Positions 11,835 to 23,905 are shown, counted from the first letter of the stretch. The stretch is DNA of 64,000 bases from an uncultured Nitrososphaerales archaeon (GCA_963709405.1 CAVPXM010000026.1:20720-84719), one strand, 5' to 3'. Program-made: numbers and translations. The notes: generated by a model from the letters alone, not told the origin.

Positions 11835-12320
11835 TTATACAAGAGAACTATTATTATTCTCCAAAACTGCTATCGTAGCCGTTTTTCTGTGTTCAAAGAT
11901 CCTTTGTAGCTGTTGGTTTGCATAACCTTCAAAAAGTTTTCCAAAAATACCATATGGTAATTCAAATTCAATTTCGTCTAGTACCTTTGTTTGCTTGCCG
12001 TCAATATCATAAAATACGTGTCTGTGTTTCCACTTCTTGAATGGACCTTCTAACATCTCATCTATATATTCATAAGTTTTGAAAGAGGTAATTTTTGAAT
12101 GCCATCTAGACCTTCTTTTGGCAATTATTCTGCCAGTAAGCCATATCTCTTGTCCTTCAGCAATGTTTTGGCTAGTGGTATCAATTACTTGGATATCTAC
12201 TTCCAAAGGGGTTATTATCTTTAAATGTTTGACTGCAGTATAAAAACTCCAGACCTTGTCAATATGACGGTTGACGATAAATGTATGAGTAAATACTCGC
12301 ATTATGTTAAAGAAGATCAA
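11835..12320 (-). CDS. SRPBCC (START/Bet v1-like) family protein
   Basis: W.F......L..ITP, W.SKIT, YIDEMLEGPFKKWKHRH.F, DEIEFELPYG, IFEHR. Confidence 0.85.
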   Translation of the reverse strand: MIFFNIMRVFTHTFIVNRHIDKVWSFYTAVKHLKIITPLEVDIQVIDTTSQNIAEGQEIWLTGRIIAKRRSRWHSKITSFKTYEYIDEMLEGPFKKWKHRHVFYDIDGKQTKVLDEIEFELPYGIFGKLFEGYANQQLQRIFEHRKTATIAVLENNNSSLV

Positions 12321-13334
12321 GTATATTACACTAATAGCAATATCGTTTTCAGATATCTTCGATTTACAATTTAGACAGATAAGGCTAGCGTAATGCTATA
12401 ATGATCTATGTGGACTAATTATGAATATCAATATCGTACCTTCGTATTTCAGTCATGTATCTGGATATTTTCGACCTTTTGTCACTGTTTAACGCCAGAT
12501 AAACCTCTGGCAAGAAGAGTCTAGTCGGCAATGATTTTAAATTCGTTCTATCTTTCAGTCTGAAAGGTTTAGATATATTGACAAATCTTTTAAAATTAAA
12601 GAAGCGCTTCTAATGTGTTGACATTCGTTATTTGCTTTCTTCTACATGAATGTATGACCAGGTACAGATTCTATTTAATGACCCTCAGCATTGAGTACTG
12701 GCATTGATTTGATTTGATTTGAATCAACATAGTGTGAACAAGCTAATTTGAGTTGACAAGTACTAAGCAAAACTTATCTTCTTGACTTGAATTATAGCAA
12801 TTGTGGATCCACCAAATTATATTATTATTATCTTGAATAAAGAGAATAACCGCTTAACATGAGATTCGATATTTGAGAACAACCCTTCATTGTGAGTAGA
12901 AAATATTAGTCATACACAAAACGCTGGCATCAGACCGAGGAGAATGCATATCCTTATTGGATATCCATAATAATCATTTACTTGTTACCCAATCGTATCT
13001 ACTCAATGCATAATAAGTATTCTCAAAGTAAATTATTAGAGTAAATTGATATTGTTAAGTACACTTAAGTGGATAAGAGAATGGAGGTAAACCGAAATAA
13101 ATAAGTTATTAGAATATCAAAATGCTTTAGACTTTAGACCCTATTCGTATTTACAGTTGGAAAGCCTAAGTTCCATACGTTCGAATTAGTTATATTCTTA
13201 GATAACCCACAAAAAGGATTGTAACGTGGTCTAAAATATGTCAAACCTATCAAATCATAAACATGCCATGCATAACGAGAAAGTATCAAACGCTAATGAA
13301 CGTAAGTCGAATGACCACCCATTTTCATATATAG

Positions 13335-13628
13335 GTGAATAACCAGATGAATAAGGTTGCTAAAATCATCGGATTTGTGACTGCGGTAGTGACGTTGGTC
13401 TTTGTAATACAAATACGTGAACTAAATGCAAAATCAGATCACGACTCAATCAATAAAATGGCGCAAGAAGCCAAATTATTGGTCAAGAGTTTTAAAAATG
13501 ACGATACTAAAATCGGTAGGTGTAGATCTTTATCAGAAAGCCCCAATTCAGAGAATGTAACTACATGTATCGAGAAGGCAGTAGGATCGGATGATAATGA
13601 TCTGGCATTATTGAATAAGATCAATTAA
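13335..13628 (+). CDS. Small secreted or membrane hypothetical protein
   Basis: N-terminal hydrophobic segment and two Cys residues. Confidence 0.5.
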   Translation: MNNQMNKVAKIIGFVTAVVTLVFVIQIRELNAKSDHDSINKMAQEAKLLVKSFKNDDTKIGRCRSLSESPNSENVTTCIEKAVGSDDNDLALLNKIN

Positions 13629-14104
13629 TTTAATTCCAAGCTCGTTATCTTCTCTTAGTACTGTATTTTATATTTTGAGGCAGCGATAACTATATCAAAA
13701 CCCATTATTCGCTTCCACTTACTATAAACCGAAGAATGCTAATTGGTTGATTGACTTGTGATCGGACTTCCCTCTTATCTCACAGATATTTAGATAATCC
13801 TTCAATTATATATGTATATGACAATATACATGAATGAAAAAACCGTTTGCATGTATTTTTTATAGTTAGAATATATAATTCAACTTACTTATTGGTCAAT
13901 TATTGGTACTTAGACGAAATTGTGATCCGCTTTGAATAGCGGATGGTTAGCGTTAGAGACAGCTGTATACCCAAACATTTTGTGATCGGGTACGGAGCTT
14001 AAGCCTGGGATAAAACCAGATCGCCTATGTTAACGGTATAAATGAACTTGTAACCTTAGGTTCACGACTTTCTAGATGTTGCGTTTAGATGAGTAGAACG
14101 ACTA

Positions 14105-15064
14105 TGTAGAAGCCATATTACACAGTCAAAGCTTTGTAAGAGTATAACACCAATAGTCTATTAAAATAATCGAGGTACGCTAGATTTGTGGATACTATGT
14201 TCCGCCTTTTGAAGCATGCAAGGATTCCCCTGTTTTCTAACAGGAAAAGCAATCACATGTTTACAATATGGCAACACGTAGTTCTAGTTGGAATCATACA
14301 GTATGAAGGTAAGAGTTATAGAATGTTTGTTTGTGGATTGGCTGTTCGAGGCGTAATACCTTAGGTTGTTTCTACGGCTGTCACGAATTTCACACTTGAC
14401 AACGTTACAGGAATTTACAGAAAGAATTAACGATGCATTTGCTTGAAAAGATAATTTCGTCATTCATTGTAATTAGCGGTACCAAGCATATCTTTGTAGA
14501 GATAGATTCGAGAGGATTGATATACACGTTTATCACAGTATCATTATACTGATCGAACAGGTTGAGAAGAGAAGAAAATATCCGATATTATCAATTGGAG
14601 CTGAGATATTAAAAAAGACCGTATGTTCGATTAAAATAAGACTCGGCTCCTACAAAACATGACAACATAGATTTCAAGCCAATCCTAACAAGAATATCTG
14701 AAATTGGTCCATTATCCGTAGTTACAGGTGACAAGGTATATGATGGTGAAGAAGATAATCATGACTTGAAATAGAGAAAGATTACATGGTTTCAGTGATA
14801 TTCCAGCTCGATATGATGATGACATACCGATATGGATAACATGTGGAAGATACTGAGGAAAACAAATTAGAAGATATTCTAAGGTGCTATACAATCAAAG
14901 GAACAAGAGGGATGAAACCATAGTTTCCGTATTAAAAGGCCGGTTGGAGAGCACTTGATGTCTAGATCAACTAGAACGCAAAACAGGGAATTGTCTTCCA
15001 GATGCATAACCTACAACATGCACAGACTGGCTAATCTCATAAAATTGATGTTTTCTATAAAACC
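14105..15064 (+). mobile_element. Degenerate, near full-length IS5-family element (transposase pseudogene)
   Basis: Fragments ARIPLFSNRKSNHMFTIWQHVVL, QYEGKSYRMF, LEKIISSFIVISGTKHIFVEIDSRG, VTGDKVYD, YNQRNK.ETIVSVLK and YNMHR. Many stops. Clear nucleotide similarity to 45330-45760 on the minus strand. Confidence 0.75.
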
Positions 15065-15123
15065 TTCAATTAATTTACAAGACTTTCCTGTTTTTTAAAC
15101 CTGGGACACTTAAGGGATATATC

Positions 15124-17785
15124 ATGGTATTGACCGCTCCAAAGTTATTGTCCAATTACAGATGTCCGAATTGTGGCTCTTTAACCTCAGTTGTTGCTAG
15201 TAGGATCTATAGCGGAGGGCTGATTTTTGTTTGTGGCAGATGCAGTATTTGTGGTGTTGTTAGATCGATAGACAATCAAGATGAAGCATATTTAGAATTC
15301 TTGGATATGTACGATAATGGACAAACCTCTAAACTACAGGATTTGGAATCATTAAGAGATCAAGAAAAATTTTTACGACCAACATCTGAAATAGACTCTT
15401 TACTATATTGCAATCACGCAAAGGAAAACGAATTGCTCAAGACAATACTCTACTCTAAGAAAGATTATATTGTTGACTTTCGAGTATTTCAAGAATCTAC
15501 ACCCGAAACAGGAGGTGAACTTGAGCTTCTCCCCCTTGATGAAGGAATACTTGAAGCTCTATCTGCAAAGAATATCAAGAAGCTTTACAAATTTCAAGAG
15601 GAGTCAATTAAACAAGTCTTAAGAGGAAAGGATGTTGTGATTGTTGCTCCAACTGCTTCAGGTAAGACAGAGGCCTTCTGTATCCCTATAATACAAAAAA
15701 TCTCTGAGGAAATCCCACACTTTTCTTCGTTAAGGTCCAAAAATATTAGAGGAAACGAAAAGGTGTTTGCAGTTTTTGTATATCCGACTAAGGCATTGGC
15801 ACGAGACCAGTTACCAAAAATAAGACAAATAGGCAGCAAATCTGGGAATAAATGTGAACATATTTGATGGAGACACTACGATGGTCGACAGAGATTCAAT
15901 AATCACCACCTCAGTTCCAGAAATCATTATTACAAATTTCGATGTAATACATTACCATTTACTTAACAGGACACGATTTTCACGTATAATTAAAACCGCG
16001 AGGTTTTTAGTTGTTGATGAGGCTCATGTCTATACTGGTGTATTTGGAGCAAATATCCATCATGTCATAAAAAGATTTCAAAGACTAACTAACTCATCAA
16101 GACACAGGGGAAAACTCCAAATAATTGCTGCTTCTGCCACTTTGTCAAATGCCAAAGAATTCTGCAAGCAATTATTCGATAGAGAAATGGACTTGATATA
16201 CGGTACAGGCAGGAAGGGTAGAATAAACTTCGTTATCATGTTTCCATCATTACACTCACAAAGATCGTTGATACTTGATTTGCTAAAGCAGACTACTACG
16301 AGAAAACATAAAACTATCGCCTTTAGTAAATCTCATTTGTCTTCAGAACTCTTGGCCTTTTATTCATCAAAACAAGGTATATCAATAAAAGTACATAGAG
16401 CGGGTTTACTAGCAACTGTGAGAAAGTCTGTGGAAGAATCATTTAAGAATGGTAAATTGATGGCGATCTCTGCGACCCCAACGTTAGAGCTTGGTATAGA
16501 TATTGGAGACGTTGATGTTGTCATCTCAGACATTGTACCTGTCAACAGACTGATTCAAAGGTTGGGAAGGGCCGCAAGAAGTGGTCAGGAGGGATATGCA
16601 TTTCTTGCTTTAGGTAACGATCCAATAAGCCAATATTACAAGCTACATCCTGATGATTATTTACAAGATCAAGAATTTGCATATACTGATCCGAGTAACC
16701 CATTTGTAGAAGAATATCAAGTTCTAGCGATGGCATGTGATAAGCCTATATCCATATCCGAATCACCTTCAATAATTACCATACTCGATCGGCTTATTTC
16801 AAAGGATCTAGTCAGATTATCAAATAGCGTGTTCGTACCTAATTTTAAAAAAGCTATGGAAGTCCTGAGAGAATTCAATATAAGAGGAATAGGGACCAGG
16901 GTAGGCATATTTTATAATGGAAAATTAATTGGTGAACGCCAGATGCCTCAAGCAATCGAAGAACTTCACGATAATGCAGTATATTTCTTGGCTGGAAGAA
17001 GGTATCATGTCCAAAAACTACATTTTAGGAATGGTAAGCAAAACAGTCGGATGCAAGAACAACAGGAACAACTACAACAACAGTCTGTGCCCTACGCTGA
17101 GCTGAAATCTATTCCCAATGACTACCCATACTATACAAGAGCAATAGTTAATGAATTTCCTACTATTTTGGAAATTCATGATCAAAAAATGAGTTACGGT
17201 CTAGAAGTCAAGTATTGTTCTTTAAGAATTCAAAAGAAAGTGATCGGCTATTCGAACGTAGAAGTTGGTAAAGAAGCATTACAAGGGACCAAAATAATGC
17301 TTGAAAATCCCATAGAATTTGAATTTATATCGAAAGGATTGGTTTTTAAGGCGCCTATTCCAGAATCCGTTGCAAAATCTGCACAAGATGAACAATATGT
17401 AGAAATGAGTGGTTATCATGCCTCAGAACACGTCATAATCGAAGGAAGCTCAATGATAACAGGAGGAGCGTCTCAGGATTTGGGTGGAATATCACTTGGC
17501 TCTACAGGTTCAATATTTATCTACGATGGGAGTGTAGGTGGAAATGGTGCCAGTAGGGTTTTATATGACAAATTTGATAAAGCGATTGCAAGAGCATTAA
17601 CGATATTATCTGATTGTCCGTGTATGAGTGAAAGTGGTTGTCCCAGATGTACTTACTCTTACAGATGCGGAAACAATAATGAATACTTGCACAAGGCGTC
17701 GGCTACAGAGATATTGAATAGAATTGTAAATGGCGAACAAACGCGAATAGGAGACACTACAATTATAGATAAGCCCTTGGTCTGA
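15124..17785 (+). CDS. DEAD/DEAH-box helicase with N-terminal Zn ribbon and C-terminal DUF1998 (Hrq1/SftH/MrfA-like); single frameshift at about 15835
   Basis: APTASGKT, YPTKALARDQ, DEAH, SAT, TPTLELGIDIG, QRLGRAAR and the C-terminal YDG..GG.G and CPC....GCPRC motifs. ORFs 15124..15867 and 15854..17785 join if one base is removed. Confidence 0.92.
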
Positions 17786-18233
17786 TCAAAGTCAAAATTA
17801 GGTACAATCGAAAAGAATTGTAGCTTTAATAATAATAATAATAAAGTTGAACATCAACCAACATGGAATATATGCGTATAAAACTTGGTTTGGCTTGAAC
17901 TTTTGGTTACATATTGAGAGTGCTTGACCGCTGGTTCAGCACCATCGGCCATTTTGGCAATTATTCCTTAGACGCCGGCTTCCAGATTGGATCTGAAATG
18001 TGACTACTGCAGGAGGACATGGCTACCAGAAGGTACTAAACTTCTGCCGACAAAATAATACTTGCAGAAGAAGCAATTAGTTATGAATAAGGTAAAGATA
18101 TCGTATGTGTTTTAACTAATTAATATAAAGTCCATATCATAATATTTTCGCATATTAAGAATATTTTGCACATATCTAAGCAGTAATATTTATCTTATAT
18201 GATATATCCTCTTAAGTAGGTGCTAGAAAATAT

Positions 18234-19100
18234 ATGACAGAAACAACTGCTAAACAGTACGCACACCCAGAAGTCTTAGTCGATATACCATGGGTAGAAA
18301 ATCACCTCAAAGATCCAAACATTCGGATCGTTGAAGTAGATTATGACCCTGTAGCAAACTATGAGTTAGGGCATATTCCTGGCTCTGTATTAGTGAACTG
18401 GAGGCACGACATAAATGATCCTATAAATAGGAACGTATTAAGCAAACAGGCTTATGAAGAGCTAATGCAAAGGATAGGGGTCAGTAACGATACAACTCTT
18501 GTATTGTACGGTGATTTTAATAATTGGTTTGCTGCATTTGCATTCTGGGTATTCAAGTATTACGGATATAAAGATGTAAGAATATTAAATGGCGGTAGAA
18601 AGAAATGGTTAGCAGAAGACAAACCTGTAACAAAAGAAATTCCCAACTATCCTAAAGGAAATTTTAGATTAGAACAACAATTAGAGCCTGACCAAAATAT
18701 AAGGACATTTCTTAATTACGTACGTAATACTCTAGGAACAAATACACTAATAGATGTCAGAAGTCCTAAGGAATTTACAGGAGAAATTACCGCACCTCCG
18801 GAATATCCTACAGAACATGCCCAGAGAGGAGGTCACATACCAAATGCTATCAATATTCCATGGGGGCAAGCTGTGAATGATGATGATGGAACATTCAAAT
18901 CGGTCGAAGAATTGAAAAAATTATACGAATCTAAAGATATAACTCCAGATAAGGAAGTCATAACTTACTGTAGAATAGGTGAAAGGTCTTCACATACTTG
19001 GTTTGTTCTTAAATATTTACTAGGATATCCAAACGTAAAGAACTATGATGGTTCATGGACAGAATGGGGAAATATGATAGATAATCCGATAGAGAAATAG
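18234..19100 (+). CDS. Tandem-domain rhodanese thiosulfate sulfurtransferase
   Basis: GHIPG, DVRSPKEF, RGGHIP, active-site CRIGERSS and C-terminal YDGSWTEW signature. Confidence 0.95.
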   Translation: MTETTAKQYAHPEVLVDIPWVENHLKDPNIRIVEVDYDPVANYELGHIPGSVLVNWRHDINDPINRNVLSKQAYEELMQRIGVSNDTTLVLYGDFNNWFAAFAFWVFKYYGYKDVRILNGGRKKWLAEDKPVTKEIPNYPKGNFRLEQQLEPDQNIRTFLNYVRNTLGTNTLIDVRSPKEFTGEITAPPEYPTEHAQRGGHIPNAINIPWGQAVNDDDGTFKSVEELKKLYESKDITPDKEVITYCRIGERSSHTWFVLKYLLGYPNVKNYDGSWTEWGNMIDNPIEK

Positions 19101-19556
19101 AAATAGGCATAAGAAGCAAAATCTAGAAAGGGTTGATCTGCATTCTTTATATCTTTGCATCATCAAATTGGTCGGTAATTGATCATATAAGTACACTTAT
19201 TGATAAAATAGTTTGGCATGAATATCCACTTGATAGATCGGTCGTTCCCATCAGAAGCAGCTAAATGATCTGCCACCCTTTTTATATACCGTATTAGTTT
19301 TAAGGTTTGCATTGAAAGTTAGCTGTCAGTTGTCAATGTGTTACGCCGCCAGACTGGATTGGGATGTCACTATAATTCACAAAATGACGTAATACGGCTT
19401 ATGTAAATCCATACATGATTTGTCTAAAACTCAATAAATCTAATACACGCTATGAATACCCCAGAATAGAGCCCAACAAGTCGAATTCTTGCTTTCGACT
19501 CATATCTCATTACATTGGGGAACCGAGAAAGAGATGAAAATTCCTAATGAGAATGC

Positions 19557-19902
19557 AGGTTTGTAAAGACTACTATATCTGATCTTGGTTATGCTGATTA
19601 CTCTGAATATTTTATAGGATATTCTGGCCCTACATACTGGCCTAAAAAAGGACTCTGAGAAAGCCGAAATATTCCGCTAAATTGAACGTTATTTAACTTT
19701 CCTAAATGTCCATCAATTAGAAAGGCAGGGCGCTGACATACAAACCAAGGTAGAGGAATTGGAAGAATTAAATCAGTCGCTAAGACAGCGTGATAAAGTG
19801 AAAGATGATGCCGTAGCACAATTATCTGATCAGCTTGTCTCTTTATCACCAAGGTTACAAGAGATTGAGAGAAAACTCATGATTGAAGTCAACACGCGGT
19901 AG
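19557..19902 (+). pseudogene. C-terminal remnant of a tyrosine recombinase/integrase
   Basis: RFVKTTISDLGYADYSEYFIGYSGPTYW.KK / DSEKAEIFR*IERYLTFLNVHQLERQGADIQTKVEELEELNQSLRQRDK: a box II-like region with the expected GH changed to GY, the putative catalytic Tyr and a coiled-coil tail. Contains a frameshift and a stop. Family assignment is from recall. Confidence 0.65.
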
Positions 19903-20690
19903 CAGGGTATGTTCTAATCTATAGAGATCGTTTTTCGTTGGTTTCGTGGCGAAAATTACCGTGGACGGCAAATCATTGACCTTCGTTATAGCCTTTCCAC
20001 CCACAGTCGTTCCCCGAGTGATGAACGTGTTAAATGAGCTGCTGTTTAGATATGGGGCGAATACCTTTGCTGGTCCAGTAAAAGGTTTACTCAGATCTCT
20101 GTTTTCCACTATGACGACAGGATCTTTAGTGGTTACATGAACGCTGATCCTTGACTTCAACAGTACCGGTCCATATCCAATTGGAGAACGAGTTTCATTT
20201 ATGAGATATGAAGAGTATCTTACATTCCTTAAGATAAGAATTCCCTCGACCGGGGATGAGTCGGTCATTCTATCATTGTCATGTACAGCAAGGGAGTTAC
20301 TAAGAGTATACGGATTAGGAGTAATCATGAAGGTAGCATTTGGTAACAAATTATTGGTTCCCATTAGAGTATTCAATATAGTTATGCTGCCCGTAGGCAC
20401 ATTAGGGCGAGGATTTTGAGATATCTGGGGTACATCTTGCATGTTGACCAAGTTCCCGGGTAGAAAAGGTATTGGGGCGATCGTACTTGAAACTGAAATC
20501 GCGTTTCTCGTATCCAAATGACCTCGGTTTGATTCATGAGTCAGGCTTTTCGAGCTAGTGTACAGCATATTCTTAGCATTTAAATACTCATCAGCAGTTT
20601 GCAGCTATTCCTTACCGCTAATCTTGAGCAGATGCTCCTCCATTATCATCAAAGTCAGAGCCATGACTAGTGCGAATATACTCTTGCTCA
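19903..20690 (-). pseudogene. Secreted beta-sandwich-type protein, truncated
   Basis: ORF 19855..20568 (NATFMITPNPYT...DND...GILILRNVRYSSYLINET.SP.GY). A hydrophobic signal-like stretch lies upstream in another frame. The 3' end runs into the integrase remnant. Confidence 0.45.
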
Positions 20691-20827
20691 CAGCCGTTAA
20701 TACATTTTCAGGTTATTTAGGTTAGCGTTTGAGATTAGGCCGTATAACTGTCACTAGAAGTGGGAATATCAACTGGACTTATTTTTAACTAGCGTAGCAA
20801 TTTTCTTATCTATAAGACGCTTTATTT

Positions 20828-20966
20828 GACACGCCTCGTGGTAGACACGCACATAAACTTTTGTCATCGTATTGAGGTGTCAGTCTATACATTTGATGTC
20901 TCATTTTAGAGAATGTTTATACTCTGGCATGCTGCATATCGTCTTAGAACAATTTTTTCTGATCAG
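20828..20966 (+). repeat. Repeat A, copy 3
   Basis: acgcctcgtggtagacacgcacataaacttttgtcatc...gtcagtctatacatttgatgtctcattttagagaatgtttatactctggcatgctgcatatcg. Confidence 0.85.
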
Positions 20967-21115
20967 AAGCTTGCAGTTGCGACAGGCAGGCTCAAGTGGT
21001 ACAGAGCATGGTCATAATACTACTAAAACCAGTGAGTATTATCCCCTAACTCTCCAATCATATTATTACCACCAACGATAATTAAAGGGAGAAGGGCCTC
21101 TTCGGTGTACAAAAA

Positions 21116-21190
21116 ATGACACCTGATAAAGTTGCAATCATAACTGGTGGCAGTTCTGGTATTGGAAGGGCAACTGCAGTATCAAACCGA
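21116..21190 (+). pseudogene. N-terminal stub of a short-chain dehydrogenase/reductase
   Basis: MTPDKVAIITGGSSGIGRATAV carries the TGxxxGIG Rossmann motif and is cut off by repeat A copy 4. Confidence 0.75.
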
Positions 21191-21391
21191 CAGTCTATAC
21201 ATCTGAAACATTACTTTAGAAAAACGTTTTTAATCTGATATGCTGCATCTCGTATTATAGAACACTCTTTCCGAAATATAATATCAGACTTTTCAAGATC
21301 TGATATAGTCCGATGTGTTAAAACTTAGTGGATATTAGCAGAATAAAATACATTGATTCATATTGACTAATTATTATTGTCCAATTTGTAG
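21190..21391 (+). repeat. Repeat A, copy 4 (core plus tail, no left arm)
   Basis: cagtctatacatctg...taatctgatatgctgcatctcgtattatag...tccgatgtgttaaaac...ggatattagcagaat, matching copies 5 and 10. Confidence 0.85.
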
Positions 21392-21512
21392 TTAATCCAC
21401 ATTTATACTGTACTATGGCCAAATTGATTGTAGAAATGATTTTCTGGAATAAATTAACTACTCGAGCAAAATAACACGGTAAGTGATATGATAAACCCAA
21501 CCTCTTCTATTC

Positions 21513-21767
21513 TTAATTTCCATTCTTCATATTCTTCTGCTGTAATCTATTGCGTCTGACGATTTCCTTGTCAATTTCTTGCTGTTTTATTTGCTCTCCT
21601 CTACGCCCTGGTGTTTTTCCTTCCTGCTGACTCACCTTTCTTCTTTCTTCAGACATCTCATCACCTTGAGAATAGCTGCCAGCGCCTGGCTGCTTTTTTT
21701 TCTTTTGCAGCTCCTGTGCATATCTTTCCCGGAAAGATTGCTCTTCCTCAGTATCATTATTAGACAT
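21513..21767 (-). CDS. Small, highly charged hypothetical protein
   Basis: 84-aa ATG ORF preceded by a TATA-like sequence; Lys/Glu/Gln/Arg-rich. Confidence 0.6.
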   Translation of the reverse strand: MSNNDTEEEQSFRERYAQELQKKKKQPGAGSYSQGDEMSEERRKVSQQEGKTPGRRGEQIKQQEIDKEIVRRNRLQQKNMKNGN

Positions 21768-22093
21768 ATGCTCTATTTGCTTTCTATATTATAGCTATAT
21801 TACTTTTTACTTTCTAAATTCAAAACATTAACAACTTGAGTCAACTTTGTCTTGGATTCCATCCAACCGATGACAACGCTTCTCTCTCCATATATTATTG
21901 TTATACCTTGCTTAATGAATTTTCTAAATCAATGGAACATTGACTTAGCTGTGATGGATAAGAAAGGAAAAATACTACGGAATTCCGCTGATACTAAACA
22001 ACAATAATAATAATAATACACTATCTGATCCTATTTATGAAGATATAACGAGGTTATTTCCAGAGCTTTCTGCTTAATGCAAAAAAGTCTATC

Positions 22094-22535
22094 CTACTGC
22101 GTCACCTCTATTTTTCCTACCATAGTAGGATGTAGTCTACAAAAGTAAGAAAACTCTCCTGTATTTGTAAACTTGTGGGAATAAGTTTTAGATGGCGCTA
22201 TTAGAGATGCTAACCCTGAATCAAATACTTGCCCTGCATTGGGAGTATTAGGTACACCTGACGTAACTGTATGGATATTATTATCATTATTAGTCCAAAC
22301 AACTGTACTGCCAATTTTTATCTTGATATCATTTGGCGAGAATGCTTTGTTCCCCAAGGTAGCTGCTCCTTTTACAATTACGATGTCTGTTGCATTACTA
22401 GTTGTAGTAGACGAAGCATGTTCTTGTTGCATTCCAGCCATCATTCCATGTTGCTCATTATTAGTGGTTGCACCAGTAATTGTTGCTGCAGTAGTTGAGG
22501 TTATCTTTCCATGTGGATCTGCTTTCTGGAGGAAT
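22094..22535 (-). CDS. Plastocyanin/cupredoxin blue-copper domain protein, probably 5'-truncated
   Basis: AFSP..I.I.IG.TV.WTN.D...HTVT and the type-1 Cu ligands YFCRLHPTMVG. No signal peptide is retained. Confidence 0.85.
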
Positions 22536-23012
22536 TCAGATAGATACATTAACCAACCTGAAAGAGGCCCAAGTTTTCACACCCCTGCATTTATGCAAGG
22601 ATATGACTCAGGCTTCAACTCGTGCTCTGTCCATCAATCCAATAATATGTCGTCCTCAAACTCACTCTCTCCAAGCACGGCGTCAGAATTCCCCGCAATG
22701 GCAAACCAGGGCGATCAAGCAAGCTTTGGAGTCGCAATAATTGTTGCAATACTAGTCATTATATCATGTGTAGTACTCGCAATAAGAAAACTAATCACAA
22801 GAGGTAAACACAGAGAGAGACAGCACTTTTCAGATTCAGTAAAGGAAAGCGTATTAAAGAAACAAAATCATAAGTGTGCACGGTGTAAGCATATCCTTAA
22901 CGTAGTTGACTGGGATCATAAGAATGGAGATAGATCAAATAATAGTGAATCAAATTGTCAGGCATTATGTCCGAATTGTCATGCCATAAAAACAAGGAGT
23001 AATAGAAAATAG
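22535..23012 (+). CDS. Membrane-anchored HNH endonuclease, 5'-truncated
   Basis: SDRYINQPERGPSFHT..FMQGYDSGFNSC domain, a Ser-rich linker, a TM helix (FGVAIIVAILVIISCVVLAI), then CARC...DH....RSNN...NCQALCPNCHAIKT. The first ~100 aa of the track ORF are antisense to the cupredoxin gene. Confidence 0.8.
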
Positions 23013-23814
23013 CCGTTATTGATTATATTCAGTATGTTCTATCTGGCTGCTGTGTTAAGATTATTTTTATGTAACATTGAGCAGTTCACAAATATGCGCG
23101 CAACTAATTATATCCTCAAAAACAAGTTAGAGCAATTGCTAAATTTGTAAGTAATATGTGATCATGATCTGTTCTTAATTATGGACATTAACGAGCCTGA
23201 GGATGTCATCATCCCTCTAAACAGTTCTTGTCTAATATAATGCAGCATATGGCGCGCCCCACCATTCTACTACTACTCAATCTCTGCTTTATCTTATCAT
23301 TAATGAGCCATATTCTAAAATCGCGCGACAGATAATTTATCGCAGGTCTTTGACCATTCCATCGTTGTATTATTTTAACTTCCTGCCCACGCTTCGAATT
23401 GATGGTATCAGGAACTCTTACAAGACAGGAGTTTATTGTAGGATTATGTTGAGAATCTCCTTTCTTATTCGTTAGAAACTCTTCTGCAAACTGCATAAAT
23501 TTAGATGTCAGATCTTTTCCATCTGACGTTACTGAGTAGAATCTAATGGAATTCGTGTAGCGTTACTACGTATAGGAGACTTTATCCGAAAAAGCTGATA
23601 ATCCTGTAGCAGCCTAAACAGTATGCATGACAGATCTATAAATAGGGACACATTACAATTTCCTGCTTACTATACAGTTATGCGTCATCTTCATTCGGAT
23701 ATTGGTCTCCAGTTGAGCTCTCTCGACAGTCCATGAACTTGATTTGTACGATCTTGTCTAGAGCTATTAGACGAGCTTCATCATGATGCATTGATTGTAA
23801 TTGGATAGGGATTT

Positions 23815-23905
23815 ACACCCGGGATACCCGGTTAATTTCAACTCTAGAGAAGAATTTAGTGATGTATATAGAAGATTATAAGACAAAAGTAAATTATAAT
23901 AGCTG
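23815..23905 (+). repeat. Repeat C, partial
   Basis: acacccgggatacccggttaatttcaactctagagaagaattt, shared with 37013 onward. Confidence 0.75.

Noticed and set aside
12480-12960. Possible transposase remnant on the minus strand
   Set aside because: Only faint motif-like fragments; a family assignment cannot be supported by eye.
17920-18040. GC-richer intergenic stretch as a tRNA or ncRNA
   Set aside because: No cloverleaf or T-loop consensus, and only weak stems.
18234-19100. Rhodanese as the anaerobic ergothioneine synthase EanB partner of egtD
   Set aside because: It is a standard two-domain CRIGER-type sulfurtransferase, shorter than EanB and 39 kb away from egtD.
22239-22534. N-terminal 100 aa of the 257-aa HNH ORF
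   Set aside because: It is the antisense reading of the cupredoxin gene and is unlikely to be translated.
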